From contig CALSCO010000506.1 in NCBI GenBank assembly GCA_943704415.1, forward strand, positions 1 to 64,000: DNA of 64,000 bases, given 5' to 3'. How positions within the stretch are numbered: the first letter of the stretch is position 1; every line of letters starts with the position of its first letter. The DNA comes from Parvularia atlantis (taxonomy: Eukaryota). The notes beneath the pieces were generated by a model. The model did not search any database. It saw only the letters and a program-made list of their open reading frames with translations, and had not been told where the DNA came from. Shown here piece by piece: positions 1 through 12,240 of this stretch. The position numbers were made by a program, and so were the translations under genes.

Positions 1-239
1 CCCCCTACAGCTATTGCGCGCTGCTGCCGCGCTTGCCCCCATCCCCGCAGCACCAACATCCCCCTCCCCGCTCGACCATTCCCTCCTGTCTGTTTTCCTC
101 TCCGGCCTCGCGTTTGCTCCCTGTTCCCTCCTGACTGCCGGCGGCGCACACCCTGCCGCGCACGCGTCCCTCCTGTTGTCCTGCATGCCGTGTCTCCAGT
201 TGCTGTGTGTGCCGCAAACGGAAGGATTTGAACAGATCG

Positions 240-1624
240 ATGGCTGCTGTCGACCAGAAGCGCGCCGTCGGCCACACGTTTGCGCCGCAGCCGGTGCGCC
301 TCGCACGCGCATCGTGTGTGCACGCGATGTGACGCGCACGTGTGCACGCACAGGTGGCCTACAACCGCCGCGACCTGCTGCTGTACGCGCTCGGCGTGGG
401 TGCGGACGAGCTCAAGTTCACCTATGAGCTTGACCCGGAGTTCGCGGCCCTGCCGTTCTACCCGGTCGTGCTCGGCCTCAAGGGCGCCTCGTCTGACGTC
501 GTCCCGTTCGGCGTGTCCAAGAAGCCTAAGGAGGGCGGCGGCGAGCAGGGCGGCATCGGCGGCGGCGTGCCGGGCATCCCCAAGTACGACCCCAACATGA
601 TCCTGCACGGCGAGCAGGCGCGCCGCATCTTGCCGCCAAGGGTGCTGCGCCGCCGGCCGCTGAGCGCGCACCGCAGTCGATCGAGCTGCTGCGCCCGCTC
701 CCGCTCGAGGGTCAGTTCACGCTCAACGGCAAGCTCGTGGGCGTGTGGGACAAGGGTGCGCGCGCTGTGCGATTGCTGCTGCTCAGCTGTTTTTCACGGC
801 GCAAGCGGGGCGCAGGCAAGGGCGCGCTGCTCGAGAACGAGCAGACGCTGGTCGACGCGCACGGCAACGCGATCGCCAAGCTGGTGCGCGGTCATGTGCG
901 TGCGCTGCGCTGCTCACGGCGCGTTGCGCAGCGCGGCGGAACGTTTGTGCGCGGCCTCGGCGGCTTTGGCGGCGAGAAGCAGCCCAAGCAGCCGTCGTAC
1001 GACCCGCCGGCGCGCGCGGCCGACAAGGTGCGCGCACGCGACGGGGCCGTCGCGCCTGGAGGGTTGCTGAAGCGCCGCACCGGCAGGTTGATGAGTGCAA
1101 GACGAGCCCGCAGCAGGCGATGCTCTACCGCCTCTCGGGCGACTACAACCCGCTGCACGCGGACCCCAAGGTTGCAACCAAGGTGCGGCTGCTGCGGCGC
1201 GTGGCGGGGACCGCTGCCGATGCGCCGGCCTGCAGGTCGGCTTCCCCAAGCCCATCTTGCACGGCCTGTGCACGTTCGGCATCGCCGGCCGCGCGATCCT
1301 CAAGCACTTTGCGGGCAACGACCCGAGCCGCCTCAAGTCGCTCAAGGTGCGGCTTTTTAACCGTGGGCCCTCCCGCGTGCCTCACGCGCACGCACGCGCG
1401 GCAGCTGCGCTTCGCCTCGCCAGTGTTCCCCGGCGAGACGATCGTGACCGAGATGTGGCTCGAGCGCGGCCAGGTCATCTTCCAGGTGCGCGCGCAGCGG
1501 CCGCGTTGCACAGCGCGCGCGCATCCTCACGCACGCTGCGCAGTCCAAGGTCAAGGAGCGCAACGTCGTCGTGCTCTCGGGCGGCTGCGCCGAGCTCAAC
1601 GGGGCGCCCGCGGCGCGCCTCTGA
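240..1624 (+). CDS. Peroxisomal enoyl-CoA hydratase 2 (MaoC/double hot-dog, HSD17B4 hydratase-like), multi-exon
   Basis: The spliced product reads [34 protein letters not shown]...ILHGEQ...[14 protein letters not shown]...[14 protein letters not shown]...[12 protein letters not shown]. The hydratase-2 catalytic motif is present and the C-terminus is ARL (PTS1-like). Confidence 0.92.
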
Positions 1625-1767
1625 TCGCGCAGAGGTTCCGTGACGCGCGCCCCATGCTTGCGACTGTGTGGCTGTTTTGCGCTAATATAAATGGCCTCCG
1701 CACGCTGCTCGTCCCTCGCGCCTCGCCTGGTGCTCATGCCCCCCGGCCCCGCCCTCCGCGCGCAGAG

Positions 1768-2033
1768 ATGGAGCGCGACCGCGACTGGCGCACGCCCAAC
1801 CGCGCGCGGCCCGATCCGTGGGCCAAGCTGTACGAGTGGCGCATGTCGGGGCCGATGCGCAAGGCCGAGAATGTCAAGGCGCGCACGCGCACATCGCGCA
1901 AGCCAGCGCTGAACCCCACGCGCAGCGCATGTTCCCGGGCCTCGGGATCGCCATCGTCGCGTTCGGCGTGTACTGGGCCATGAACTACGAGCCGGCCAAG
2001 CCCGCGGCGAGCGGCGCCGGCGGCCACCACTGA
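1768..2033 (+). CDS. NDUFB3: NADH dehydrogenase (complex I) B12 subunit, NDUFB3/NB2M-like, 2 exons
   Basis: DPWAKLYEWR...|RMFPGLGIAIVAFGVYW matches the DPW...WR...FPGLGIA pattern of B12. Intron 1879-1925 is GC-AG. The start is uncertain. Confidence 0.8.
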
Positions 2034-2093
2034 CGCGCCCCGCGCGATTGTGCCCTGTGCAGCGAACGCCCAGCACTTTGCAACAGAGACACG

Positions 2094-2096
<3 letters not shown>

Positions 2097-2168
<72 letters not shown>
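2097..2168. repeat. (CA)n microsatellite, about 36 units
   Basis: Directly visible perfect dinucleotide run between convergent genes. Confidence 0.98.
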
Positions 2169-2169
<1 letters not shown>

Positions 2170-2190
2170 GGAACTGCACACGCCGCGCGG

Positions 2191-3557
2191 CTACGCCACA
2201 GGCGCCTCGCTGATGCGCTGCAGGCCGTCGGCATACTCGAGCTTGCCCGAGTTCTCGTACGCGTACATGTCGAGCGCGACCTGTGCGCGCGGCCCGCACG
2301 TCGGTCAGCGTGCGCGCAAGGCAGCACAAGGCGCAGGCGCAGGCGCGCGCGTCGCACCTCGCAGCTCTCCTTGACCACGGCCACGGCGTCGCGGCGGAAC
2401 TCTTCCAGGATCGGGTACACCTCCGGCGTCGCGATCGACCCGAGCGCTGCGCGTCCGCCGGCGAGTGAACAAGGGGTCGACGCGCGCTGCACCACGCACC
2501 CTCGGCGCACTCGTGGCGGACCATCGGGTGCTCCTCGGCGCTGCGCAGGTTGCGCGTGAGCGCGGGCACAGCGGCCTGCCCGCCACCCGCCAGTGCGTTG
2601 GTTGAGCGTCCCTTGCCACAGCATGCAGCACGCAGCCGCACCTTGTGCGCGATCTGCCCGAGCACGTATGCGATCTCGTGGCGGAACAGCGCCGACGCGT
2701 CCTCGAGGCCGTCGGCCAGCGCGAGCACGGACGCCTCGTCGCCGCGGTTGCGCTGTCCGTCGCGCATCAGCCAAGTGAGCAGCACGAGGCGCGCGCGCAC
2801 CAGCGCAAACATCGCCCGGTACCGCTCAAACAGCGGCAGGCCCGCGTCCAGCAGCTGCGCGCGCAGCTCGAGCGTCGGCGCGGCCGCGCTCGGCGGCGCA
2901 GGGTCGACCGAGAGGTACGGACCGGGGCCGTCGCTGCCCTGCGCATTGATCTCGCCGCGCCGCCGGCGCAGCTCGTAGCGCACGCGGTCCACGGCGATCT
3001 CGCACGTCTCGGCGACCTCTGCACCGGGTGCGTGACACGAGCCGTCAGCGCGTGCGCACTCCCATGCACGTGCGGTTGCGCACCCTTCATCGGGTCCGCG
3101 CGGTACTTCTCCAGCAACTCGAGCGACTCCTCCTGCGCGAGCGCGCCGAGGGCCTCGGCCGCCTCGTGGCGCACCATCGGGTCCTCGCTTGCCGTCTCAA
3201 GCACGCGCGAGAGCACGCCCACCGCCGTCACGTCCTGCATCTGCCCGAGCACGTATGCGAGCTCGTGGCGCAGCAGTGCCGACGGGTCGCTGAAGCAACG
3301 CGCAATCTCCTGCGATACCGGGCGGCCGCGTCAGGCACCGCGCGCGTGCGCACGCACACGAGCCGTTCGCTCACCGTGACGGCGAGCGGGCCGTTGAGGT
3401 TGCGCAGGGTGAAGAGCGCGCGGAAGCGCTCGTGCAGCGGCGTCATCGTGCTGTTGAGCAGCGCACCGACCTTGCGGTACGTCTCCGGATCGCTCCGGGC
3501 CGCCGCGAGGGCGTCGTGCGGCACGCTGTCGCCCTCCAAGAGCGCCATGTGGTCCAT
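2191..3557 (-). CDS. DOHH: Deoxyhypusine hydroxylase (HEAT-repeat di-iron enzyme), multi-exon
   Basis: Contains [12 protein letters not shown] and four HE motifs ([43 protein letters not shown]), plus ERYRAMFAL and VVKESCE. Confidence 0.95.
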
Positions 3558-3593
3558 TGCGCGCACTATGTACGGCTAGCTGGTCATCAACCA

Positions 3594-4817
3594 CTACGCG
3601 CGCCGCTCGACGCTGTACAGATCGGCGCGCTTCTGCTTGAGGACGGGGATGGCCTGGCGCAGCTCGTCGACCTTGGCGAGGTCTGCACGAGTACGGTGTG
3701 AGCGCGGGCGGGACACGTCTGCGCTCGCAACGGCACCGATGTCGGCGTAGACGATGGCCTCGGCGTGCTCGGTCGTCGCGATGACCTTGCCCCTGTGCGG
3801 ACTTGTCAGCCCTCGTCGAGCGCGCGTGCGAGCGCGGGCGGCCGCACCACGGGTCGACCACCGTGCTGTGGCCCCAGGCGACATAGTCGCCCTTCTCGTC
3901 GCGCGCCGGCGAGCACGTGGCAACGAAGAACTGGTTGTCGAGCGCGCTGTCGCCTTCAGTCAGCACGACCACGCGCGCAACGGCGGACAGCGCCGCACCG
4001 CGCGCGCTGCAGCAGCTCCCAGTGCAGCGGCCCCGTCGTCATGTTGAACGCGCCCGGGTAGAGCATCAGCCGCACGCCGTCCTGCTGCGCCAGGATCGCC
4101 AGCTCCGGGAAGCGGATGTCGTAGCAGATCGCGAGGCCAAAGCGCCCGTACTCTGCGCACGCGCGCGCGCGCGTACGCTTCAGACACGCGGCCGCGCACG
4201 TGCACAGCAGCAAGCAGCACCCGTGTCAAAGTGCGTGAAGCTGCTGCCCGGCGAGAGCACCTCCGACTCCTGGAAGCGGATGCCGCCGGGCACGTCGATG
4301 TCGAACAGGTGCACCTTGCGGTGCTTGGCGATCATGCGCCCCTGCGGGTCGTACACGGTCGCTGCGGCGGGGCGTCAGCACCGTGCTGCCCGCAGAGCCG
4401 CCGCGCGCCACCCGTGTTGTAGAACTTGTTGCTGCCGGCCTCGCCCTTCTCGGGGATCGAGCCTGCGCGCATCGCTCAGCCGCACCGCTGCGCGCTCGCA
4501 CCGCCACGCCCGCACCGCCGATCAGGTACACGAGCGACTTGCGCGCGGCCTCGGCGAGCGCGGCCGTCGTCTCGCCCGGGATGGGCTCGGCGTAGGCCGG
4601 GAAGTGCTTGGTGCCGTACGGCGAGTTGAAGCACTCCTGCGCCCGGAATTCGCGCGTGAGCGGCGAGAGCGCGCACGCCGGCGTCCGACGCGCGCACCGG
4701 CAGCGCGACGACCTTGGCGCCGGCCGCGGCGGCCTGCGCGATCAGCTCCGCGGCGCGCGCCACGTTGGCCTGCTTGTCGGCCGTGACCGCGAGCTGGATG
4801 AGCGCGAGCCGGAACAT
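3594..4817 (-). CDS. NIT2: Omega-amidase, nitrilase family (NIT2/Nit3-like), multi-exon
   Basis: Contains [80 protein letters not shown] and KRADLY. Confidence 0.93.
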
Positions 4818-4869
4818 GACTGAAAGTGAACTCCTCATCGGGTGCGTCTGACGGACACAACGGAAGAGT

Positions 4870-6000
4870 TCACGCGAGCACGTCGGCCAGCGACGGCACG
4901 CGCTCGAGCAGACGCGCCGACAGCTCGGCCGCGCGCTCGGCCAGCGCCCGCCGCGACGCGAGCGCGTGCGACCAGTCGACGACGGGCATGTCGCCGCGCG
5001 TGAGATCGGCCGCGTCGGGCAGCAGCGTGGCGTCGTCGCGGTTGAGCAGCGGCACGCGGTAGCGGGGGTCGGCGTCGGTGCGCAGCGCGTCGGGCACGAC
5101 GGGCTCGTGCCAGGCCGCGAAGCTGTGCACGCCGACCTCGTAGTGGTTCGTCACCAGGCTCGCCTCGTCCGGCAGCGACGGGTAGAGCTGCACAAGGCCG
5201 CGGAAGACCATCCACTCGACCAGGTACTTCTTCCACGAGCGCCCCCAGCCGTGCGACGTGCTCGCAAACAGCTCGGGCAGCGCCACGCCCTGCCGCGCCG
5301 CGTAGTACGCCGCGAACCGCGTCCAGCGCGCCTCGGGCACCAGCACGCCCCAGCTGCACGGCACCTGCAGCGCAAACACACGCACGGCCGGCTGCGAGGC
5401 CGGCAGCACGTCGCTCGGGCGCCACGGCAGCGGCTCGATGCCCGTGCTCGTCGCCCGCGCGCGCAGCTCGTTAACGCGCGGCGTGTGCATCGCGTAGCCC
5501 ATCAGCTGCTCGTCCGCGTGCCCGTGGCGCGCCCAGTGGTCACGACAGCGCGTGGCGTAGCGGAATAACAGCGGGCTCGCCTCCAGATCGTCCTCGAGCA
5601 CGAGCGCGAGCGCGCCCGGGCGCAGCGCGGCCAGGCCCGTCATGATCGCGCGCTCGAGGCCCAGGTTGACCGGCTGCACCTCGACCGTCTTGCCGCCGAG
5701 GGGCCATGGCAGCCGATGCGCGAGCGCCGCCACGGCCGCCGCGCCGCCGCCGTCCACGTGCACGACGATGTCCACGCGCTCGCCCTGCGGCGGCGGCTCG
5801 GCGCGCAACATCGACGTCCAGAGGCGCTCGAGCGCGCGCGTGCGCTTCCAGGCAAACACGTGCACCTCGATCGGCTCGCGCCGTGCCGCCCGCCACGCCG
5901 CGAAGCCGCGCAGCGGCCGCACGAGCCGCGGGACGAGCGGCGGCGCGAGGGCCGCGAGCAGCAGCGCGAAGAGCGCAACGGCCGCCCACCTCGCCGGCAT
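4870..6000 (-). CDS. Type II membrane GT-A fold glycosyltransferase-like protein, intronless
   Basis: Has an N-terminal signal anchor, VFAWKRTRALERL, VNLGLERAI, the DxD-like VLEDDLEASP, QVPCSWG and SWKKYL. Confidence 0.75.
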   Translation of the reverse strand: MPARWAAVALFALLLAALAPPLVPRLVRPLRGFAAWRAARREPIEVHVFAWKRTRALERLWTSMLRAEPPPQGERVDIVVHVDGGGAAAVAALAHRLPWPLGGKTVEVQPVNLGLERAIMTGLAALRPGALALVLEDDLEASPLLFRYATRCRDHWARHGHADEQLMGYAMHTPRVNELRARATSTGIEPLPWRPSDVLPASQPAVRVFALQVPCSWGVLVPEARWTRFAAYYAARQGVALPELFASTSHGWGRSWKKYLVEWMVFRGLVQLYPSLPDEASLVTNHYEVGVHSFAAWHEPVVPDALRTDADPRYRVPLLNRDDATLLPDAADLTRGDMPVVDWSHALASRRALAERAAELSARLLERVPSLADVLA

Positions 6001-6036
6001 TTGTCGCCGCCTAGCCGCCGCCCCGCAACGGCAGCC

Positions 6037-6303
6037 ATGGCCGAGGACAGCAGCAGTGACGCGTCACGTGACGAGTGGCGCCCATCTGCGGCGGCGCGCG
6101 CGGCGACGGCGCCGGCCAAGCGGCGGGCGCGCCCCCAAGGCAAGGGCAAGGGGAAGGCGGTGGCGGGCGACGGCGATGCGGACGAGCTGGGTGCGACGAA
6201 GAAGGGCGGGAGACGGCCAGCAGCAGCCAAGAAGACGACCAAGACGAAGACCACGACCGTTGCAGCGGCCAAGAAGCGCGGACGGCGGCCGATCACGCCG
6301 GCG

Positions 6304-6341
<38 letters not shown>

Positions 6342-7469
6342 CAATGCGGATGACGGTGCCGATGGCGATGCGGCCGACGGCAACGACAACGAGGCGAACG
6401 GCAACGACGGCGCGGCCGATGCCGACACCGACGATCCGACCGCGGCCGGCGTGCGGCGGCGCGACCACGCCGCGCTGCGCGCATTCATCGAGCGGCAGGT
6501 GCGGCTCATCTCGCGCCCGTTTGACGTCCCGCCCGAGTTTGTCGAGGACGCGGGCGCGCCCAAGGTGGCCGCCATCACCACGGCCGCGCGCAAGAGTGAG
6601 CCGAGCGCGCCTCACGTGCATTCTCTGGCTGCTCACACGCCCGCCGCGCAGTCAACGCGACCCTGCGCAAGGAGATCCAGCTGACGTTCAGCCAGCAGGC
6701 GCGGCGCAAGGTGATCGAGCAGCTGCTCGAGCTGCGCCAGAGCGAGCTGCACGCGCCCGAGGACGACGCGCCGCAGACCGCCGCAACCGGCGCAGACCTC
6801 GCGTGCGTCCTCTGTGCGCCACGGTGCCGGTGCCGCTCATGCACGCACGTGCGTGTACAGCGATCTCGACGGCTTCCCGGAGGACTGGCCCGCGCACCTG
6901 CCCGGCACCGACGACAAGCGGCGGCAGTGCGCCCCGCGCTCGTGCGCTCTCTTCCCGTGCGCTCACGCTCGCCGTGCACAGATACGCCGAGCTGCGCGCG
7001 CGCGTCTTCCCGCTTACACGGTCGGTCTGCGCGCTGCGCGAGAAGCTCGCGCATTACCAGGCACGCCCGCTGGCCCCGGGAATGCGCCGTAGCCGCTCAT
7101 GCTCTGCGTGCAGTCGCTCGTGTCGCAGCTCGAGACGGTCGACACGCGCGCGCTCAGCGCCTCGATGGTCTCGAGCGGTGGGCCGGTCGTGCACGCGCTC
7201 GGCCAGACGCGCTCGCTCGGTGCGCGCGGCAAAGGGCGACAAGCCGCTCGCTCTGCTCACGCTGGCGCGCAGCCAAAGAGGTGGCCGAGCGGCTCGGGCA
7301 ACGCAAGGACGCGGTGCGGCGCGCGCAGCGGGCTGCGGCCGCGCCGGGCAACGGCGTGAGTGCGCAGGCGGCGCCCGCGTCGGCCGCGCAGCTCGTGATG
7401 GACTTTTTCCAGCGGCGGCGGGCGGCCGTCGCGGCGCAGGGCGACGCGGAGGGGGCGGGCGAGCCGTAA
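6037..7469 (+). CDS. Probable kinetochore CCAN subunit Fta4/Nkp1-like, with a basic/acidic disordered N-terminus, multi-exon
   Basis: AFIERQVRLISRPF, TFSQQARRKVIEQL, GFPEDWP, RYAELRARV and SMVSSGGPV resemble the block order I recall for fungal Fta4. There is a poly-Asp (GAC)n at about 6304-6340. Confidence 0.55.
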
Positions 7470-7508
7470 TCAGCTTTTTTTTTTGGCGGGGTCGTGTACA
7501 AAACAAGA

Positions 7509-9294
7509 TCACTCTTTGATCGGCGCGTCCTCGAGCGCCTCGCGCGCCTCGGCCTGCTTGATGTCCTCGCGCAGCCCGGCCGACGCGTCGGGCACGATCG
7601 ACAGGTCGAGGTCGATCATGTAGTTGAGGTACTTGCCGCGGAGCAGCGACGACGTGTTGTCCCACTTGAAAACGTACGTACCGACCTGCTCCGCCGCCGC
7701 GCGCACGTCAGACCAGCGCACCACACGGCGCACGCGCGCGTTCCCACCTTGGCGTTCGGGATCGTCCCGACCACGGGCTTCACATGCGACTCACGCACCG
7801 ACACGGCCTCGAGGACCTCCTCCACGCCCGCGTCGCCGCCGCTGTCCTTGCTGGCCGGGCGGAAGACGATGCCGAACGCGATGTTGTAGTCCTTAGTCGT
7901 GAAGCGGTACTTGAGCGTCGCGCCGGCCTCCTCGACCTCGATCTCCTCCGCGAAGGCGTCGCGCGGGTAGATGTACTTTTGCACCGAGTCGAGGTCGGCG
8001 AGGCGCTCTGTTGCGGCCCGTGGGGCGGGTCAGGCACACGGCATCGCGGCCCGCGCGCCTGACGCACCGGGCTGGTAGCACGGCACGCAGCCCGTGCTCA
8101 TGTGCGAGCACGTGCACTTGCCGCCGAGGAAGTCCGGCAAGTTGGCCTCGTCGACGTGCCTGAGCACCTCCTGCACGTGCGCGAGCGCCGGCCGTCAGCG
8201 CCAGGGCCCCCCATCGCGCCGCGGCGCGTGCCTTCTGGTAGTCGGTGCCGAGGATGTAGACCTTCTCGAGCACGCGCTTGTCGAGGCCGATCTTCAGCAC
8301 GGCCCAGAACTTGGTGAAGACGGGCGGCGCGTTGACGACAAACACCTGCGCAGCGGGACGCGCGTAAGTGACGTCGCGCGCCTTCACGGCCTGCACACAC
8401 CTTGTGCAGGCGCTCCGGGTAGTGATCCTGATCGATCTTGCCAAAGTTCTGCAGATACTTGAGCGCGTCCAGCTTGAACATGTGCCAACCGAGGCCGCGC
8501 AGGTCGAGGATGGCCGTGACCTTGGTCACGCGCTCGTCCGTGTTCTTGCTGATCGAGCGCAGCAGGCGGTCAAAGGCAAACTCGTTCAGCTGCACGAGGG
8601 GTGTACGGAGCGTGAGCAGACTGCGGCGGTGCGAGCGAGCGCGGAAGAGGTGGCACCCTGATGTGCCAGTCGATCGCCGTATCCATCGGCACGGTCTTGG
8701 GGAAGGCCGACGCGTCGTGCATGCCCGTGCGCTCAATGTACAGCGGGTTGCCGTTCTTGTCCGTCTTGTGCCAGCAGAAGCCGCCAGTGGCCTTGAGGCA
8801 CGCCGCGTACGGCCCTGGCGCCACGTGCTCAGCCGCGTCTCCGTGCGCGCCGCACCGATATCGCGCACCGGCGCCGACTTCCGGGTCGCGGTCGCCCAGC
8901 CACGAATAGCCGCGGATCGCGATCAGCGGCGGCTGGCCTTCGTCAGGGAACACCTGGTGCGTGCGCGCGTCATGAATGCCGCATCGGATGCGTCCGGCGC
9001 GCGCACGCGCCTTGAGCTCGTCCAGCTTGCGCTCCTTGCGCCACTGCAGCGTGTCGCGCAGCATCTTGGCGGCCTTGTCGACGTGCTTGCGCCGCGCGAT
9101 CAGGAAGCGGAACAGCTCGACGTCGTCCCACGCCGCGTCGCTGCCGAGCTCGGGCACGGCCGCGCGCAGCTGCGCCCGCTCCACCCGGTCAGCACACGGC
9201 CGACGCTGCGAGCGCGCGCAGGCGGCACCTGCGCGAGCAACGCGGCCGACTCGGCCACCGTCGCGCGATCGAGCTCGTCGCCACTCGCGCTCAT
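7509..9294 (-). CDS. SEC14-like CRAL-TRIO lipid-binding protein with C-terminal GOLD domain, multi-exon
   Basis: Contains DDVELFRFLIARR...TLQWR, DKNGNPLYIER, AILDLRGL, DQDHYPERL, VVNAPPVF and NLPDFLGGKC. The GOLD part reads KYRFTTKDYNIAFG...GTYVFKWDNTSSLLRGK. Confidence 0.9.
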
Positions 9295-9439
9295 CGTGCG
9301 TGCGTGCGTGCGTGTGTGTGTGTGGGGGGGGGGGGGAAGGCGCAGAGAGACGCGGGCTGCGTGAGCGGCCAGCGGTCAGCAAAGCACGCGCGTGTGTGCG
9401 CATCACGCTAGAATCTGGTGCACAACAGCGCTGTATGCA

Positions 9440-12197
9440 TCACTCCGGCATCGGCGTGATGGGCGTGTCGGGCGGCGCCTGCGAGACGGTGACCTCGCGC
9501 AGCACCACGGCGAGCTGCTCGCTGCGGCGGCACTCCTGCGGTCACCGCGGCGTCTGAGCTGCCGCAGGTGCACGCGCGTGCTCGGCATACGCACGCACCT
9601 CCTGGAAGTCGAGCACGGTCTTGTAGTACTGGCGCTGCTTGTCGACCAGCTGCAGGTACTTCTCGTTGCTGGTGTCGCGCAGGGCCTTCTCCTCGGTGCG
9701 CTTCGCGTCGACCTTGTTGAGCAGGTCGCGCACGCCCTTCTGCATGTTGTCGAGCGTCTCCAGGAACTTTTCCTGGTTGGCCTTGTTCGCCTTGGCCTGC
9801 CGGCGCGGCGCACGCGTGTCAGCGGGCAGCGGCGGCGCGCGGGGCGGGCCGCACCTTGTCAAAGTTGTCGAAGATCGAGTTGAGCAGCGTGACCTCGCGC
9901 GTCAGGTACAGCTTGGTCGAGTCGAGCGTGTTGTACAGGTTGTAGTACTGCCGCGTCTCGTTGAGCTTGGACGCGACCTGGCCACACGGCGGGTGAGCAC
10001 GCGTGCGCAGTCGTGTGCAAGCGGCGCACCTGCATGTACAGCTCGAGGAAGCGCTTCTGGTACTGCGACAGCTCGGCGCGCGATGGGATCTCGTCCACGA
10101 GCCGCTCGACCGCCGCGATTTCCTGCGCGCACGCCCGGGTCGGTACGCGGCGTACAAGCGGTCAGCTGTGCGCACCCGCTTCTTCTTCGACAGCAGCTTG
10201 CGGATGCGTTGCAGCTTCGCGTTGTCCTCGTCGAACTGCGCGTCGATCTGTCGGATGCGCTCCATGTCCTCGTCCTCGTCGTTCCTGCGCGCGGCACACA
10301 CGGGTCAGTCGGTGAGGCAGTACGTAATGCACGCTCGACGCACCCTTCTTTCTCCATGCGCTGGATCTTGCCTTTGAGGTCCTCGAGCTGCTTGCGGCAG
10401 GTCACCTTGAAGTCCTTCTCGTGCTGCTCGAGCGCGTCCATCGTCGACAGCAGCGCGCGCAGCTGCCGCAGGATCGGCGCGTTCTGCCGCGCGTGTCAGC
10501 CTCCGCCGCGCCCCCGTGTGCGTGCAGCGACGCGCACCTCCTCCGTCTCCAGCTCGTCCAGCTTGGCCGTCTCCTTGACGATGCGGTTGTTGTACTTGAG
10601 CGTCTTGGTCACGGCGGCTTGGTACTCGTTCAGCTCGGCCAGTAGCTTGTCGTGCGCCTCCTTGACCTCGTTGAAGCGCCTGGCAGGCCAGCAGTCAGCC
10701 TCTCTCACGAGCGATTGCCGGCCTGCGGCCGACGCACTTCTCCTGCAGCGCAATCTGCTTCTCGAGCGACGCCATCTCGCGGCGGTGCGCCTGGGCGCCG
10801 CCCATTTTCTGCGCGCAGCGTCTCAGCACGCCCGCCGCAGCGCGAGCGTGCGCACACCTGCTGGTTCTCGGCCAGCGCGGCCTGGATCTCGGCGTACTCG
10901 CTCGCGTACTGCTTGATCGACTCGGACTCGAGGCCGAGCATCGAGCCCAGCATCGACTGCGACACCGAGTTGCCCGAGCCGTCCACGCGGCTCATTTGCT
11001 CTGCGTTCACCGATGCGCGTGAGTGGCGCCAACGGGCAGAGCGGCACTGCCGCACCGACGAGCGCCTCTATGCGCCGGCGCTCCTCCGCAGCCTCGGCGG
11101 CCGCTTTTTCGTCCTTCTCCTTGTCCTTGCTCTTCTTGGTCGACTCGGCTGCGCGCGCACGTCAGCGCGGGCGGCGCGGGCGGATGCGCGGGCCGTGCCT
11201 GGTGTCGTGCCCATCCAGCGCTGGCCGTACTCGAGCAGCGTGTTGTCGACGAGCGCCGAGGCGTCCGCTGCGGTCTGCAAAGGGCCAGCGCCGTCAGCAC
11301 CGCTCGCGCATACGCGCGGCCGCACCATCCGCGTGAAGCGCACGCGCGGCCGGTCCTGGTTGCTGCGGAACTGGCGCGCGGGCTTGTAGCGGTCCTTGAC
11401 GGCGGTGAGGAACTGTGCGGCGTCCTGCACCGATCCGCACCGTCAGCGTCCCCTCACGCAGTAGCGCAGCAGCGCACCTGCACGTGCACCGCAAACTCCT
11501 CATCCTCGGGCGTCTGGCGCGTCTTGCTGAACTGCTCCTCGGAAAAGTTGCGGATGTAGTCGCTCATCTCCTCGCGCGTCTCAAGCACCTGCGCGCACGG
11601 ACCACCGCCGTGAGCGCGCGTCCGTCCGCACCGCCGGCGAGCGGCGCACCTTCTTGACCAGCCACTGCATCGACGGGAAGATCTCCTTGAAGTTGAGACC
11701 TTGGATCTGCGCGCGCGTCACGTCAGCAGCCCGCTCTCAGCAGCGGGGGGCGCGCGTGCCGTGCCTGGTGCGGCTCGAGCACGTGCGGCGACTTGAGCCG
11801 CTGCAGCGCGCGGATGATCTTCTCGGAGATGGTGCTGGTTGCTGCTGGGTGAGCGGCAACCAGTCGAGCAGCCGCCGCGCGACGCACATGCGCTGGCCGA
11901 CGGACGAGTTCTCGATGAACACGACGTCGACGTCGACGTCGACCGCGCTGTTGGTGAGGCACCAGGCCAGGCCGCCGATCACGCGGTCAAACGGCGAGAG
12001 GCTGCTAATGCGCGCGCGGAAGTAGCCGGCGGCGAGCAGCAGCTCGATGATCTCGCCATATTTGACCTGCATATTTTTTTCCCCCCGTGTGTCGCACGTC
12101 AGGCGACGCGCAGCAGCACAGCGCCCACGGCGCGCACCCGCTGCTCCTCGTTCGCGAGCGACTCGGGCTCCGGCTCGTTCTGCACCACTGAGCCCAT
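9440..12197 (-). CDS. CCDC93: Coiled-coil domain-containing protein 93 (CCC/Commander complex), multi-exon
   Basis: Contains [74 protein letters not shown] and [13 protein letters not shown]. Confidence 0.95.
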
Positions 12198-12240
12198 CCC
12201 TTCTCGAACTTTCCGACGTTCGAGGAGCGTGACGGCTCGA

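Noticed and set aside
2048..2559. His-Thr and Val-Cys repeat ORFs, and Leu-Ser/Arg-Glu ORFs near 60159-60656
   Set aside because: They are translations of the (CA)n and (CT)n microsatellites.
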